Shown: piece after piece, positions 47,951 through 59,818 of the stretch
Numbering within the stretch: the first letter of the stretch is position 1
Layout of the letters: each line of letters opens with the position of its first letter
Assembly (NCBI GenBank): GCA_964035575.1
Contig: OZ037837.1
Location: 744,001 to 808,000 of the forward strand
DNA: 64,000 nt
Direction: 5' to 3'
From: Rhynchopus sp. YZ270_cl-10
Taxonomy: Eukaryota
Notes under the pieces: model-generated
The model's database searches: none
What the model was told of the DNA's origin: nothing
The model's input: the letters and a program-made list of their open reading frames with translations, nothing else
Program-made: the position numbers and the translations under genes

Positions 47951-48207
47951 GTGTACCTGAGTGTGGGGATGCGTTCAAGAATTAAACTCTTCCCCCCAAA
48001 CCCCCTTTTTCGTCTTTGTTTTCTTTATTCAAACGGCAAGTGGATGCGTAATAATTTTTATAAGACATGTATGCATTTCTAAGGAAATTTTTCAGTATCC
48101 ACGAGTCGTCTTTTTCCCTCCCGTGCTCCCCATCTCACTCACACACACTACATCTTCATCAGGAAAATTGTCAAAAGTCTTTCGTTCAACATTGTGAGCA
48201 GCGTTTG

Positions 48208-48248
<41 letters not shown>

Positions 48249-48460
48249 AGAAGAAGAAGAAGAAGAAGAGAAGTAGATGTATTCATACCAGGAAGCAATG
48301 CACCAAACTACACAAAATTTTCACTAATATTTTGCCAACTTTTTTTCCTGTGTGTGTACCTGAGTGTGGGGATGCGTTCAAGAATTAAACTCTTCCCCCC
48401 AAACCCCCTTTTTCGTCTTTGTTTTCTTTATTCAAACGGCAAGTGGATGCGTAATAATTT
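47951..48460. repeat. 107-bp exact direct repeats (47951-48057, 48354-48460) at the retroelement's 3' end
   Basis: GTGTACCTGAGTGTGGGGATGC...GCGTAATAATTT occurs twice. Confidence 0.95.
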
Positions 48461-48639
48461 CGCCCCAGGGCTTCGCCCCACCGGGGCGAAACCCTGTATA
48501 AATAAATAAATAAATAAAAAAAAAGGGGGGTAAAAAAAAAAAAGAGAGAGAGAGATTTCTCCCACCACCCTGTAGACCCCCCCGGAGGGGGGGTCGCAGA
48601 GGGCTGTCCACTGTACTCAAAATCATCCGCAAACCCGCC

Positions 48640-49147
48640 TGCCGTGAGAGGAAGTTTCCCCAGCACTCCCGCTCCTCAATCCTGCAGTCTGCTGAAGGTG
48701 CCCCGTACCCCCTGTTATAGAAGGTGTCACTGCTCGTGTCAACTCTATCTTCAACGGCAGAGAGACGTTTTAGTTTATTGACAATAATCAAACTAAGGAT
48801 GAAGTCTCATATGACAGATGCCTCTCTCTTGTACATCTGTTTGATTAAACAGCACAAAGAGACCCTCAGTGAGGGGGGGATTGATGAAATTCTCCATCGT
48901 TTTGCTGGTTTTAGTATCAGGAAAGTTCAGCTGTAATAGCACTTGTGCTGGGGAAGGGATCACGCGCAAATCGCAAATTTTTTTGACCACTCAGTACCAG
49001 GGATTCACCCCCCCCCCACGAACTAGCTTCTCTCCGGCGGGAAAATTTTTTTGACCTATTTTAAGCACTAGTAAAAAAGCAAAAATTTCGGATTTTTTGG
49101 CATTTCGCCACGATCAGGAAAAAACGATGGCGATAGCGAACGCCCTG
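48640..49147 (+). pseudogene. hAT transposase C-terminal dimerisation-domain remnant and probable right end
   Basis: YPLL*KVSLLVSTLSSTAERRFSLLTIIKLRMKSHMTDASL resembles the hATC S..AER.FS...IK..LR..M motif. Ends CGAACGCCCTG (CAGGG-type terminus). Confidence 0.75.
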
Positions 49148-50173
49148 CTAAATGTAACAAAAAAAGTTAACGCAAAATGCTCGAGATACTCGTTTCTCTT
49201 TTGCTTGTTGCTCAAAAGACTAAACGGGAGGGGGAAATAAAGGTTGTTTGTTGTTCGCTTCCAAATGTATCGTATGGATATGGTTGCCTGAAGTACAGAA
49301 AGTGTCGTGGAGCACAGGGGGGGAAAGAGAGGGGGAAACAAGTGTAGAGGGGGATAGGGAGAAGGCACGACTGTTCACAAAGGTCTCGAGCATTTTGTCA
49401 AACTATGTGGTTACTAAAAGTAAAAAGGAGAGGCTATAATGCCTACAAAGCTTTCATTAATTTCCTTTTGCATGCTTGGAAGAACATTCAAACCGCACTC
49501 CTACGTTTCCTTTTTGTTGTGTTCCCCACCCCCGCAAACAATAAAGCAATAAAAACAATAAAGTTGTTTCATATACTAACTATTCTACTGAATAGATGGT
49601 ATAATAGGGTGCACTAAATGTACCCAAACTTTTTTTACTTTTACTTTTTGTGGATTGTTTGTTTCTGATAGTGACGTGACTCGTTTTTTTATGTTTTTGT
49701 TTTTGGAAAAGAAAGTTTCATCCCCCCGCAAACAATAAAGACAAAAGGGAGAGGTTGTGGTGAAACGCACACACCTCGACCTGTCGGTGAAGTGTGGCTC
49801 TGCTCCAACCCACCCCAGAATAGAAAAAAAGGAAGGGTTTTAGCATTGCGTGTAATCATAAAAAAGGATGAAAAATATTTTTTTTTCAAACGCCATAAGT
49901 CCCGTCACCCCGCTTCCTGAAGTACGGGGGAGAGGTGGAGCACAAAAGGGGCAAAGGGGAGACGATAAGACACCCAGCCAACCTCAAATCCTCCCAATTG
50001 TTTCGTATGACTCATCCCAACAAACCCCACCTCACTCTGTAACCACCTCCCAAAAATAATAATAATAAAAACACTTTTATTTCCTTCAAAACTACACACA
50101 TAACGCTTTTGACTTTTGGGAGACACACAAGGTGCCAGGTTCTACGATATGCACGGAACTACCCTCTTGTTCG

Positions 50174-51586
50174 TCATATTGTTTCCCGTGCTTTGTGTTT
50201 TTCCCAGACTCGCTCGATGTCCTCGGAAAGGCGCTTACTCTCCTCTGCCAGCTTCGTGTTGTACTCGCTGCACTGCCTCACTGTCTCCCTCATCTCAGCA
50301 CATGCCGCTCGGAGCTCTGCCATGCCGTCTTGTTGCGGGTGCTCCGACACCGGTGCCGTCTGCTGTGTCAGCACCCCCTTCTGTGCCTCCAACATCTCCT
50401 TCTGCTGGTCCATAACACTCTTCATCATTTCCTGCAGTGCTTTCATTTCCTCCTTCATCGCATTGCCCTGCTCCAGCGCTGCTTCCAGTGCAGTGTTGCC
50501 CAACCTATCTGTCTGCTTCACGTCCAATTCCTTCACAATTTGAATCAAATCCACAAAATAGCGCACAGTCTCGGTGTGCCCATTCTCTTCCGCAAGGGTA
50601 AGACACGTTTCACCTTCATCGTCTGTGGCACGCCAGTCTGCACCTGCTTCGACTAACATCTTCACAATTTCTAAATAACCCTCCTTACTAGCCAAGTGCA
50701 GAGCCGAACGTCCCGTGTAGCTCTTTGCGTCAACGTCTGCCCCTGCATCAATGAGCACCTCCACCACATCGGCATGTTCACAGTGCACCGCACTGTGCAA
50801 CGCAGTGTGGTCTTGATCATCTGCGTGATTCACGTCTACACCTTTCAAGCCCACAAGATAGCGCACAGTCTCGGTGTGTCCAAAATATGCTGCAAGGGTA
50901 AGGCACGTGTCACCTTCCCTGTCTGTGGCACGCACGTCCGCACCTGCTTCGACCAACATCTTGATAATTTCCAAATACCCCTCCTTGCTAGCCAAGTGCA
51001 GAGGCGAATGTCCTACGTAGCTCTTCGCCTCTATGTCTGCCCCTGCATCAATGAGCACCTCCACCACATCGGCATGTCCAAATTGCGCACTGTGCAACGC
51101 AGTGCGGTCTCTGTCATCTGCGTGATTCACGTCCACACCCTTCAAACCCACAAGATAGCGCACAGTCTCGGTGTGTCCAAAATATGCTGCAAGGGTAAGA
51201 CACGTGTTACCTGCGTTGTCTGTGGCACGCACTTCCGCACCTGCTTCGACTAATGACTTCACCTTGGCTATATTCCCGTTCTCGCTAGCCACGAGCAGAG
51301 GCGAACTACCCAAGTTGTTCCTTGCCTCGATGTCTGCCCCTGCATCAACGAACGCCTGCACCACATCAGGACAGGCTTTCTTTGCTTCCCAGTGCAACGC
51401 AGTCATCCCGTTCTCATCTGCGTGATTCACGTCCACCCCTGGCAAACCCGCAAGATTGCGCACAGTCTCGGTGTGCCCATGATGTGCTTGCGACACACCA
51501 CTCGGCACATGCGTGGTGTTCCAGCGTCGACCGAACCGAATCATCCTTCTGTCGCGCAAACATCTCACAGAAAAACCCTTCAACAT
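50174..51586 (-). CDS. Ankyrin-repeat protein with C-terminal coiled coil and a basic presequence-like N-terminus
   Basis: About 9-10 ankyrin repeats arranged as a triplicated 3-repeat block (TALH / SPLHLA / TCLTLAA). Likely start MLKGFSVRCLRDRRMIRFGRRWN. Confidence 0.88.
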   Translation of the reverse strand: MLKGFSVRCLRDRRMIRFGRRWNTTHVPSGVSQAHHGHTETVRNLAGLPGVDVNHADENGMTALHWEAKKACPDVVQAFVDAGADIEARNNLGSSPLLVASENGNIAKVKSLVEAGAEVRATDNAGNTCLTLAAYFGHTETVRYLVGLKGVDVNHADDRDRTALHSAQFGHADVVEVLIDAGADIEAKSYVGHSPLHLASKEGYLEIIKMLVEAGADVRATDREGDTCLTLAAYFGHTETVRYLVGLKGVDVNHADDQDHTALHSAVHCEHADVVEVLIDAGADVDAKSYTGRSALHLASKEGYLEIVKMLVEAGADWRATDDEGETCLTLAEENGHTETVRYFVDLIQIVKELDVKQTDRLGNTALEAALEQGNAMKEEMKALQEMMKSVMDQQKEMLEAQKGVLTQQTAPVSEHPQQDGMAELRAACAEMRETVRQCSEYNTKLAEESKRLSEDIERVWEKHKARETI

Positions 51587-52937
51587 AACAAGACCTCTTT
51601 TGGATATAGACGCAGAAGAGAAAGGGTGGGGATGTGTAATCAGCTGCCTATTCAGGTGTGTGGTGTGGCGTGTATGGTGTGCGGGGATATATATCTGATT
51701 GAGCATGAAGAGGGAAAGGTGCCACCGCAAAAGTAATTGACAAACATTTTTAGAGAAAATCGCGATAACACAGAGGGCACAGTTAACCCCCTAGGTCTGA
51801 CGTTTAAGAATGCTCCAATAAATGGGTAAAGATGATCCCAAGCTGAATGCACCTCGAACAGAAGAATCCTGTAAAAGAAGCGAAAATTATTGTTCTGCCA
51901 GTCGACTTCTCGCATGCGTGTGTGTCCACGTGGACGCAGTTGGAGTTGGAGGCAATGCAGACCTTGGCGAAGTCTCGTGTCAGGACGGCGTTTCGCATCG
52001 ACCTTCTGCCCCAATCCATGAACCCCTCATAGCAATATGAGTACGAACTCAGCTCCAAAATGGAGCAGCTTGAGCTGGCGCTGAATACCGTGGGGACACC
52101 CCCCATCTGAGTTTGCCCTCGAGATGACGCACCGTCTGGTCGTGGTGATGACTGCGTCCTCTAGCTTGGGTACGTACGGATGGAGACCCGGCGTAAGTAC
52201 CTGAACGCTGCGAGATCGTACAAAGCCGAAAGGTTTCCCACAATCCTATTGCAACGTACACAACACCTTCAAGAAAGGGGCTCTTTCATTTGAAACATAA
52301 ATGGCAGTTATTGGTGCAGGCACACCTCCGGCTACGAGAACCGGACCAAAGCACAAAAACAATAAATGAAAACCATAAATGACGCATTTCAACAAGAGCG
52401 AGCCTCGTCAGATATGACTGGTGGAGGAAAACTAAAAGACGCTGTCACAAATGAAAAAATTGAAACCGCACTCCTAGAAGGACCTACTTTTCCTTTTAAT
52501 GTTTTTCCACCACCCCCGCAAACAATAAAGCAATAAAGATAATAAAGACAAAAGGGAGAGGTCGTGGTGAAACGCACACACCTCGACCTGTCGGTGAAAT
52601 GTGGCTCTACTCCAACCCACCTCAGATTAGAAAAAGGAAGGGAGTTGGGGTACGGTGTTCAATTTCCTTTCAGCATTGCGTGTAATCATAAAAAGACAAA
52701 GTATGCAAAAACCCCGCGGTAAACAGGTAAAGGTATAAAAGGTCAGGGCAAGTATGTGGCAGAAGAACAAGAAACAAGCGAGTATGCTGTCGCAGTCTGC
52801 AGCACTGCAGTTCATGCTGGTCGCAAAATATAAGTCAAAAATAAAGTTAATAAGATGCACTGAGCCGCACGTGCCCAGACACCTAGCAAAACAGTGACGT
52901 TGGCTGTGAGAAGGCTGTATCACCCACAAAATGCTTT

Positions 52938-54020
52938 GGGTGTTCCGGGGTATGGAATTTGGCAATCTTCATTTCAATTCACAACTCTTCACGACTTTTC
53001 ACAAAAAAGTGTGTAGAGTTGTGACGTGGCGAGGTCTGGGTGCCTGGGCACCAGGTAGGTACAAGGCACCTTGCGGACCTTGTTTGGCAACACAGGAGGT
53101 TCTGTGTGCAAAAAAGTGCCTAAAACGGTGTGGCTGACCCGACGATTTGGGCCCTTTCGGGCCACATGTTTTAGGTGTTTTCAACTTTTTGATCGGTTTG
53201 CATTTTTGAGATCCGCCCGTGCAGTGGTGGGGTCGATGTTGAAAATTGGACAATTTTATGACCACTTAAATTTTGGAAAATATGAGCCCGGTCACTTATA
53301 GGCGGGGCCCATTTTCGGATAAAATTGTCCCCAAAATCCGGTTTGGCTTCAGCACTAAACGAGGAGCCGTCAAGCTCTCGAAACTATGAGGAGGGCCCTG
53401 AAGGCTCCCGACGCAGGAGTTGACAGGTCTTGTGGGTGGGCCTTGGGAGCGTTGAAACCTTCTTTCTCCTCTGCCAAAAAACTGGCGACAGCAGCAAGGG
53501 ATCACCCACGTTTCGAAGCGGGTGTCGTCGTACCTAGTATAGTCTCCCGTTTTGACCCCAGCTCAAAGCAAGCAAAACAGGTCACCCCCTCGCAAAAATG
53601 GCACCAAAACTTTTCGCTAATTTTTAGCTGCGCCGCAGGCGCACGGTACGCTACTTACTTATGAGTTGCGAACATGTTGAAAAAAAAAGACAACAAACGA
53701 ACTCGCCGCGGACTTCCGTCATCGTCCTCCGCACAAGGGGTGGGGTGGTACGGTCAACTTGACCCACGAACAGCTAGCCCTCTGCACAGCACACTTGACC
53801 AGTCCTGCAAAAAACCTTGGAAAAAAAGCGCCCCTTTTTATCCAATTCACAACTCTTCACAACTGTACACACCATCTGTGTTTTTTCATCCAAATTTTCA
53901 TTTCAATTCACAACTCTTCACAACTTTTCACAACTCTTCACATAAAAATGGCGAATACTATGTTGTGAAAAGTTGTGAAAACTTGTGAAGATTGCCAACA
54001 TTCCATACCCCGGAACACCC
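52938..54020. mobile_element. ~1.08-kb TIR element with an adjacent deletion
   Basis: GGGTGTTCCGGGGTATGGAAT.TTGGCAATCTTCA / TGAAGATTGCCAA.ATTCCATACCCCGGAACACCC. It replaces ~200 bp present in paralogues at ~42080-42280 and ~58550-58755. Confidence 0.8.
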
Positions 54021-54927
54021 CATAAGAAGTAAGGTTTTGGTGAACCTGCAAGGCGGGTAGAAAAGCATCACTGTGTTTCAAGACTCTGTGGTGCCTCTAC
54101 CATACGTTAGTGGAGGGTTAAATGCAATACCCTTAAGGTGCAGACAGGGGTGAATAAGAGGGCTCTTGCATTTGGGGATCTTAGGGGATTGTACTTAACC
54201 TAAAATGTAACAAGAAAAAGTTAACGCAAAGCAAAAAGAAAAGGCTGTTATGCACCCAAAGCTTTTATTCACTTCCTCTTGCACGCTTGGAACAACATTG
54301 AAATCACACTCCTACTTTTCCTTTTTGTTGTTTCCCTACCCCCGCAAACAATGAAGCAATAAAAACTATAAAGACAAAAAGGGAGAGGTTGTGGTGAGAC
54401 GCACACACCTCGACCTGTCGGTGAAGTGTGGCTCTACTCCAACCCGCCCCAGAATAGAAAAAAAGGAAGGGAGTTGGGGTACGGTGTGCAATTTCCTTCC
54501 AGTATTGCATGTAATCATAAAATGATAAAGAGGTGGAGCACAAAAGGGGGAAAGGGGAAACGGTAAGACTCATGACAAAGAACGCGTGTTTCATTTCCAC
54601 ACGTGTTGCATACTCGTACAAAATTGAAAACCAATTTAGTGGACACACTTCTGATCCTAAGAAGGACCCCACCCTCACCTTCCCTCACCCAAACCCCAAA
54701 GAAATGCTTTGTTGTTCACAACACCCAGCCAACCCTCTCAAATCCTCCCAATTGTTTCGTATGACTCATCCCAACAAACCCCACCTCACTCTGTCACCAC
54801 CTCCCAAAAATAATAACGAAGCACACCTCAGCACAGTGCAGAGCAGCCGTCGTGCAGCTCACCACACAGTGCGAGGGGTGAAGATGCACAACTACAACTG
54901 CTGCAAAAGTGAACGATATCTTGCTTC

Positions 54928-56517
54928 TCACTGGCGTAAGTGTTGTGGTAGCTTGTTGAGTACAGCATTGCTGCACTTTTCCTTTCCATGCAAGGTCTTC
55001 AATGATGTGCACCCGTGGAGTAAGTAGTCCCCCATATAGGTGACAGAGTGTAATACAGTAAAGTCAACTGTGGACAAGGATGTGCACCCGCTGAGGAAGT
55101 GCAGCCCAATCGAAGTGACAGCTTGTAATCCACTCAGGTCAACTGTTGACAATGATGTGCACCCATGGAGGAACAAATTTCCAATCGTGGTGACAGCTTG
55201 TAATCCACTCAAGTCGACTTTGGTCAAAGCAGTGCAGTTACGAAGGACCTGGTTCCCAATCGCAGTCACAGCAGACGCATGACTGATAGCAATGCACGTC
55301 ACTGCAGAACTCATGAAGAAGTTGTTTGGAATCGCAGTCGCAACTTGTGTCTGCAGGAGCAAGCAAGCCACCTTCGGATCAGTCACCTGCTCCAACCTTT
55401 CTGATGTAAGTGTTGTCTCACCCAACGCACGAAGTGCTGCAATGGCATCCTGCTTCCTCCTCTGTGTGTTGGTCTGCGTTACAACAACCCTGTGACCCCT
55501 CAGCTGCACCACGTCCTCTCCTTCTGCAATCACTTCATCTCTGAAAGTCATGTCGAAGCAGCCTTCACGCAACCCCACTGCAGACGCCACCTTCCGAAGC
55601 AAGTCCCTGCCCGTGTCAGCCACACTCACCTCAATCTCGTGTTCCGCTCCATCCAACCCCTGCACAAGTACAGGCACAACAAGCGCAGACATCTGGGTAA
55701 GGGCGTCGTGCACGTTCGAAACAGGCAGATTCAGGGAAAACGTTGCGTGTGGGTCTGCAGCACCCACAAGGCGGTGGCGGTCTCCACTCGGTGCCATGCT
55801 GATCATGCTGTTGATGCTCCGCACAACGGCCTGCGACTCTGTGACCGCACGCAGCACCTGGTCGTCCCCAAGCTGGCACACCGCCTCACACTCAGCAATC
55901 ATGTGTCCTGTCTTCGCAACAAACGTCTTCAGCGCACACACCTCCCCTTCTCGACTGAGTGCCTGTGTGAGGAATCTCCGTACCAACTCCTCCTCACACA
56001 CGACTTCGTTGCGCGACACATCCTCACGCATCACGAGGTGCTCGACGTGTGTCTGCAGGAGAAAGTCTTTGTACCTGTCCTCAGTGGGTGGGAGTGCCTC
56101 AAGCACACGGCACTTCTCCTCTGCAGCAGTCTGCTGTGCTGCCAGGTCTGCCACGTGCGAGTGGAGGGTGTTGCACTGGCGTTTCATGTAGTCCGTGATG
56201 TCAACTGTCTTGTGTCCCGCATGTGTGTCGCACTTGTCACAACGCATGCAGATCAACGCGTCTCCACACGCAGGGTCTTCACAGACAAGGCACAGCTCTT
56301 GGCCTGGGTGATGTGCACACTTCGACGACGTCCCGTACACAGTCACAGAAGCGCGATGTGCCTCACGGTCATGTGGCCTTGCATGGCAAGCGTCATAGCA
56401 CGCAGGTGTGTCGCAGAAGAACAGCTCCACGCACATCCCGCACTGCAGCTGTGCAGGCTTGTCACAGTTCTCACAGCTCGGCATCTGTGGTGCGGTGGGC
56501 TGCGTGTCAGACACCAT
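54928..56517 (-). CDS. B-box x2 / coiled-coil / ubiquitin-like / LRR protein, copy 2
   Basis: Highly similar to copy 1, with fewer LRRs. Confidence 0.85.
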   Translation of the reverse strand: MVSDTQPTAPQMPSCENCDKPAQLQCGMCVELFFCDTPACYDACHARPHDREAHRASVTVYGTSSKCAHHPGQELCLVCEDPACGDALICMRCDKCDTHAGHKTVDITDYMKRQCNTLHSHVADLAAQQTAAEEKCRVLEALPPTEDRYKDFLLQTHVEHLVMREDVSRNEVVCEEELVRRFLTQALSREGEVCALKTFVAKTGHMIAECEAVCQLGDDQVLRAVTESQAVVRSINSMISMAPSGDRHRLVGAADPHATFSLNLPVSNVHDALTQMSALVVPVLVQGLDGAEHEIEVSVADTGRDLLRKVASAVGLREGCFDMTFRDEVIAEGEDVVQLRGHRVVVTQTNTQRRKQDAIAALRALGETTLTSERLEQVTDPKVACLLLQTQVATAIPNNFFMSSAVTCIAISHASAVTAIGNQVLRNCTALTKVDLSGLQAVTTIGNLFLHGCTSLSTVDLSGLQAVTSIGLHFLSGCTSLSTVDFTVLHSVTYMGDYLLHGCTSLKTLHGKEKCSNAVLNKLPQHLRQ

Positions 56518-57517
56518 GTTGTGTGTTTCGAAGAGGTGGGAGGGTGCAGGGGTGTCTGGAAGGGGTTGGGTGGGTGGCATGGGATGGAACCAGAGTGTGC
56601 GTTCAAGACTGCAGCACACAGGAAAGGTGAGTGAGAGGCTGGTAATCGTTGTCAAGCTTCTGCACCACTCATCACCACAGAAGTGACAGCGTTCTTTGTG
56701 CCCCCTCTTCCCTCCCTCCCCTGTCTCCTCACGCAGCACCACCACAACCACCAGCACGAGGAGGAGTCCGAGGACTCGGAGGAGGATGGCACACTTGGAG
56801 CTGTGCCCGACACGAGCAGCAAGCCGGGACTTCCGCAGCTGTTGTCGGTGCCTTCGGGAACGCATGTGTGGATTGCCACCTCCTCGACGAGATCAAGGGA
56901 CTGCGAGGCGAGGTGGCCGGACTGAAGAGACAGGTCGTTACCGTTCTGCCAGTCGACTTCTCATATGTGTGTGTATCCACGTGGACGCAGTTGTGGTGAT
57001 GAGTGACGCAATGCGTCCTCTAGCTTGGGTACGTACGGATGGAGACCCGGCGTAAGTACCTGAACGCTGCAAAATCGTGCAAAGCCGAAAGGTTTCCCAC
57101 AACCCTATTACGACGTACACAACACCTTCAAAAAAAGGGGCTCTTTCATTTGAAACATAAATGGCAGTTATTGGTGCAGGCACACCTCCGGCTACGAGAA
57201 CCGGATCAAAGCACAAAAACAATAAATGAAAACCATAAATGACGCATTTCAACAAGAACGAGCCTCGTCAGATATGACTGGTGGAGGAAAACTAAAAGAC
57301 GGTTCAAGAAAAGGAAACATTCAAACCGCACTCACCTCCGCAAACAATAAAGCAATAAAAACAATAAAGACAAAAGGGAGAGGTTGTGGTGAAACGCACA
57401 CACCTCGACCTGTCGGTGAAGTGTGGCTCCACTCCAACCCACCTCAGAATAGTAAAAGGAAGGGAGTTGGGGTACGGTGTTCAATTTGCTTCCAGCATTG
57501 CGTGTACTCATGAAAAA

Positions 57518-58310
57518 ACAAGTAATTGCTATCGGAAAAAAAACGGCGTGTGCTGTGGAACTCCACCCTGTAGAAGTAACCTACAACACACCCAGCACTC
57601 TGCTCTTCTGCAGGTATGATAACGCTCTTCGTACGCTGCCAGACCCACTGGGACGCCTGCATCTGAAATGTTCAAGAAGGGTCTTCATCCAGCACCATCT
57701 GATCGATAGCGTTGTTGGACGTAGTCTCGGCAGGTTCGGCGTGTTCCAGCTCGTAGTTGTCCACAGGGTCCCACGCAGTGTCGTCGTCGTTGGAGCAGTG
57801 CGGAAGAAAGCACAGAATGCACAGACTACAACACATCGATCACACCAGGCACATCAGCACCTCCAGCAAATCGCCAGGATGCTACGGTGGTTTCGAAAAT
57901 CGCGCGGTGTTTTCCACAGCACACTTAGCAATTACTTGTCCTTGTTGGTACTGTTGTTTTCAACCACCTTCCTTCAACCCTTGTAGGGATCAGTTGTAAT
58001 TTTTTTTTTCGCGAAAACATGAAATTATACATTTCAAGAGAACAAATTAAAAAGGGTCCTTCTTTGCATTTTTGGGCTCCGCCCGTGCAGTGGTGGGGTC
58101 AATCTCGAAAATTGGACAATTTTTTGGCCACTTAAATTTTGAGAAATATGAGCCCGGTTGCTTATACGTGGGCCCATTTTCAGCTAAAATTTTCCTCAAA
58201 ATCTGGTTTTGTAAAATTGACCCTTTCCCCCCCCCACATCGATTTCAATACTATACCTTACTTCACCTACGGTTGCCCTTACAGGGGGGGTGAAGGAAGG
58301 TAAGTTGAAA
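57518..58310. mobile_element. Two-MITE composite inserted as a unit
   Basis: Homologous to 33352-34166 in reverse. The paralogous site at ~52675-52720 (CATTGCGTGTAATCAT...AAGTATGCAAAAACCCC) lacks it. Confidence 0.8.
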
Positions 58311-59818
58311 ACGAAGTATGCAAAAACCCCGCGGTAAACAGGTAAAGGTATAAAAGGTCAGGGCAAGTATGTGGCAGAAGAACAAGAAACAAGCGAGTAT
58401 GCTGTCGCAGTCTGCAGCACTGCAGTTCATGCTGGTCGCAAAATATAAATCAAAAATAAAGTTAATAAGATGCACTGAGCCGCACGTGCTCAGACACCTA
58501 GCAAAACAGTGACGTTGGCTGTGAGAAGGCTATATCACACACAAAATGCTTCAGATGCGCTGCCTGAACAACAATAACAATAACAACAACAAAAGCAAAT
58601 GCTGGGAATGGGAAGGGGTGGCAATAATGCAACTGACAACCTTTCCCTTCAGAGAGACAACACCCCACGCTACTGAAACACACACCCACGGGAGGGGGTG
58701 GATCCCGCACCCTTGTGGCATGGCTCTTTATTGGGTGTCGTCACAGATGTGAAACATAAGAAGTAAGGTTTTGGTGAACCTGCAAGGCGGGTAGAAAAGC
58801 ATCACTGTGTTTCAAGACTCTGTGGTGCCTCTACCATACGTTAGTGGAGGGTTAAATGCAATACCCTTAAGGTGCAGACAGGGGTGAATAAGAGGGCTCT
58901 TGCATTTGGGGATCTTAGGGGATTGTACTTAACCTAAAATGTAACAAAAAACAGCCTACAAGAGTAGACGTAGACTGGCTCTGCCGCCACCTTTCAAAAA
59001 ATGCTCGAGAGACTCGTTACTCTTTGCTTGTTGCTCAAAAGGCGAAAAACGGGAAGACTTTATAGTCCCTGTTGTAAACCACACTGTTTTGTTCTTCCTT
59101 TTTCCTTTCAATATTTTTTATTCATTTGCTTTTTTGTTGTTTGGGAGACACGCCCCACGTGTCGGTTCTGTGGAAAAACATGACACAGAACCACATGTGT
59201 GTTGCCCCTTTTCATGTCTATCCATGGAAACTGTATCACAAGTGATAACGGAAGAAAAAGTTTAAACTGCGGAAGACGCAAAACAAACTCGCGAATGAAA
59301 AAAGAGTTTTTTCTGCGGAGTGTGTGGTAAGGGGGGGGGAGAATAAAACATTACAAAAAAACCTCCACTATCATTTCGCAAGCTTCATTATAAGTATACC
59401 ATTTTTGGTTTTCTCCTCACAGGAAAAATTAAGGTTGTTTGTTATTTTTAATAAATTGTTGGAGTAGTGTAGTTGCCTCGGTTGTGTTGCCACAGTTGTG
59501 CAATCTCCACTGTATCTTTTTTCTCGACTTGATAACGGTAAATACGCAGATTTACGGTTTGAATGTGTTTGCCTGAAGTACAGAAAATGTTGTGGAGCAC
59601 AGGGGGGAAAGAGAGGGGGAAGCAAGCGGGGAGGTGGATACGCCGAACGCGCGACTTTTCACGAGGGTCTCGAGCATTTTGTCAAATACTACGTGTTTAC
59701 TAAAAAACAAAAGAAGCACACCTCAGCACAGTGCAGAGCAGCCGTCGTGCAGCTGACCACACAGTGCGAGGGGTGAAGATGCACAACAACTGCTGCAAAG
59801 TGAACGTTTTCTTGTTTC

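Larger units (their letters stand above)
43865..48520 (+). mobile_element. Tyrosine-recombinase retrotransposon (DIRS order; gag-YR-RT/RH order as in VIPER/TATE)
   Basis: gag-like, YR, RT and RNase H reading frames in sequence; 5' 34-bp tandem repeats; 107-bp direct repeats at the 3' end. Boundaries are approximate. Confidence 0.9.

Noticed and set aside
56649..56999. Plus-strand fragment CVDCHLLDEIKGLRGEVAGLKRQ, resembling a retroelement ORF1 piece
   Set aside because: Too short and degenerate to support; no boundaries found.
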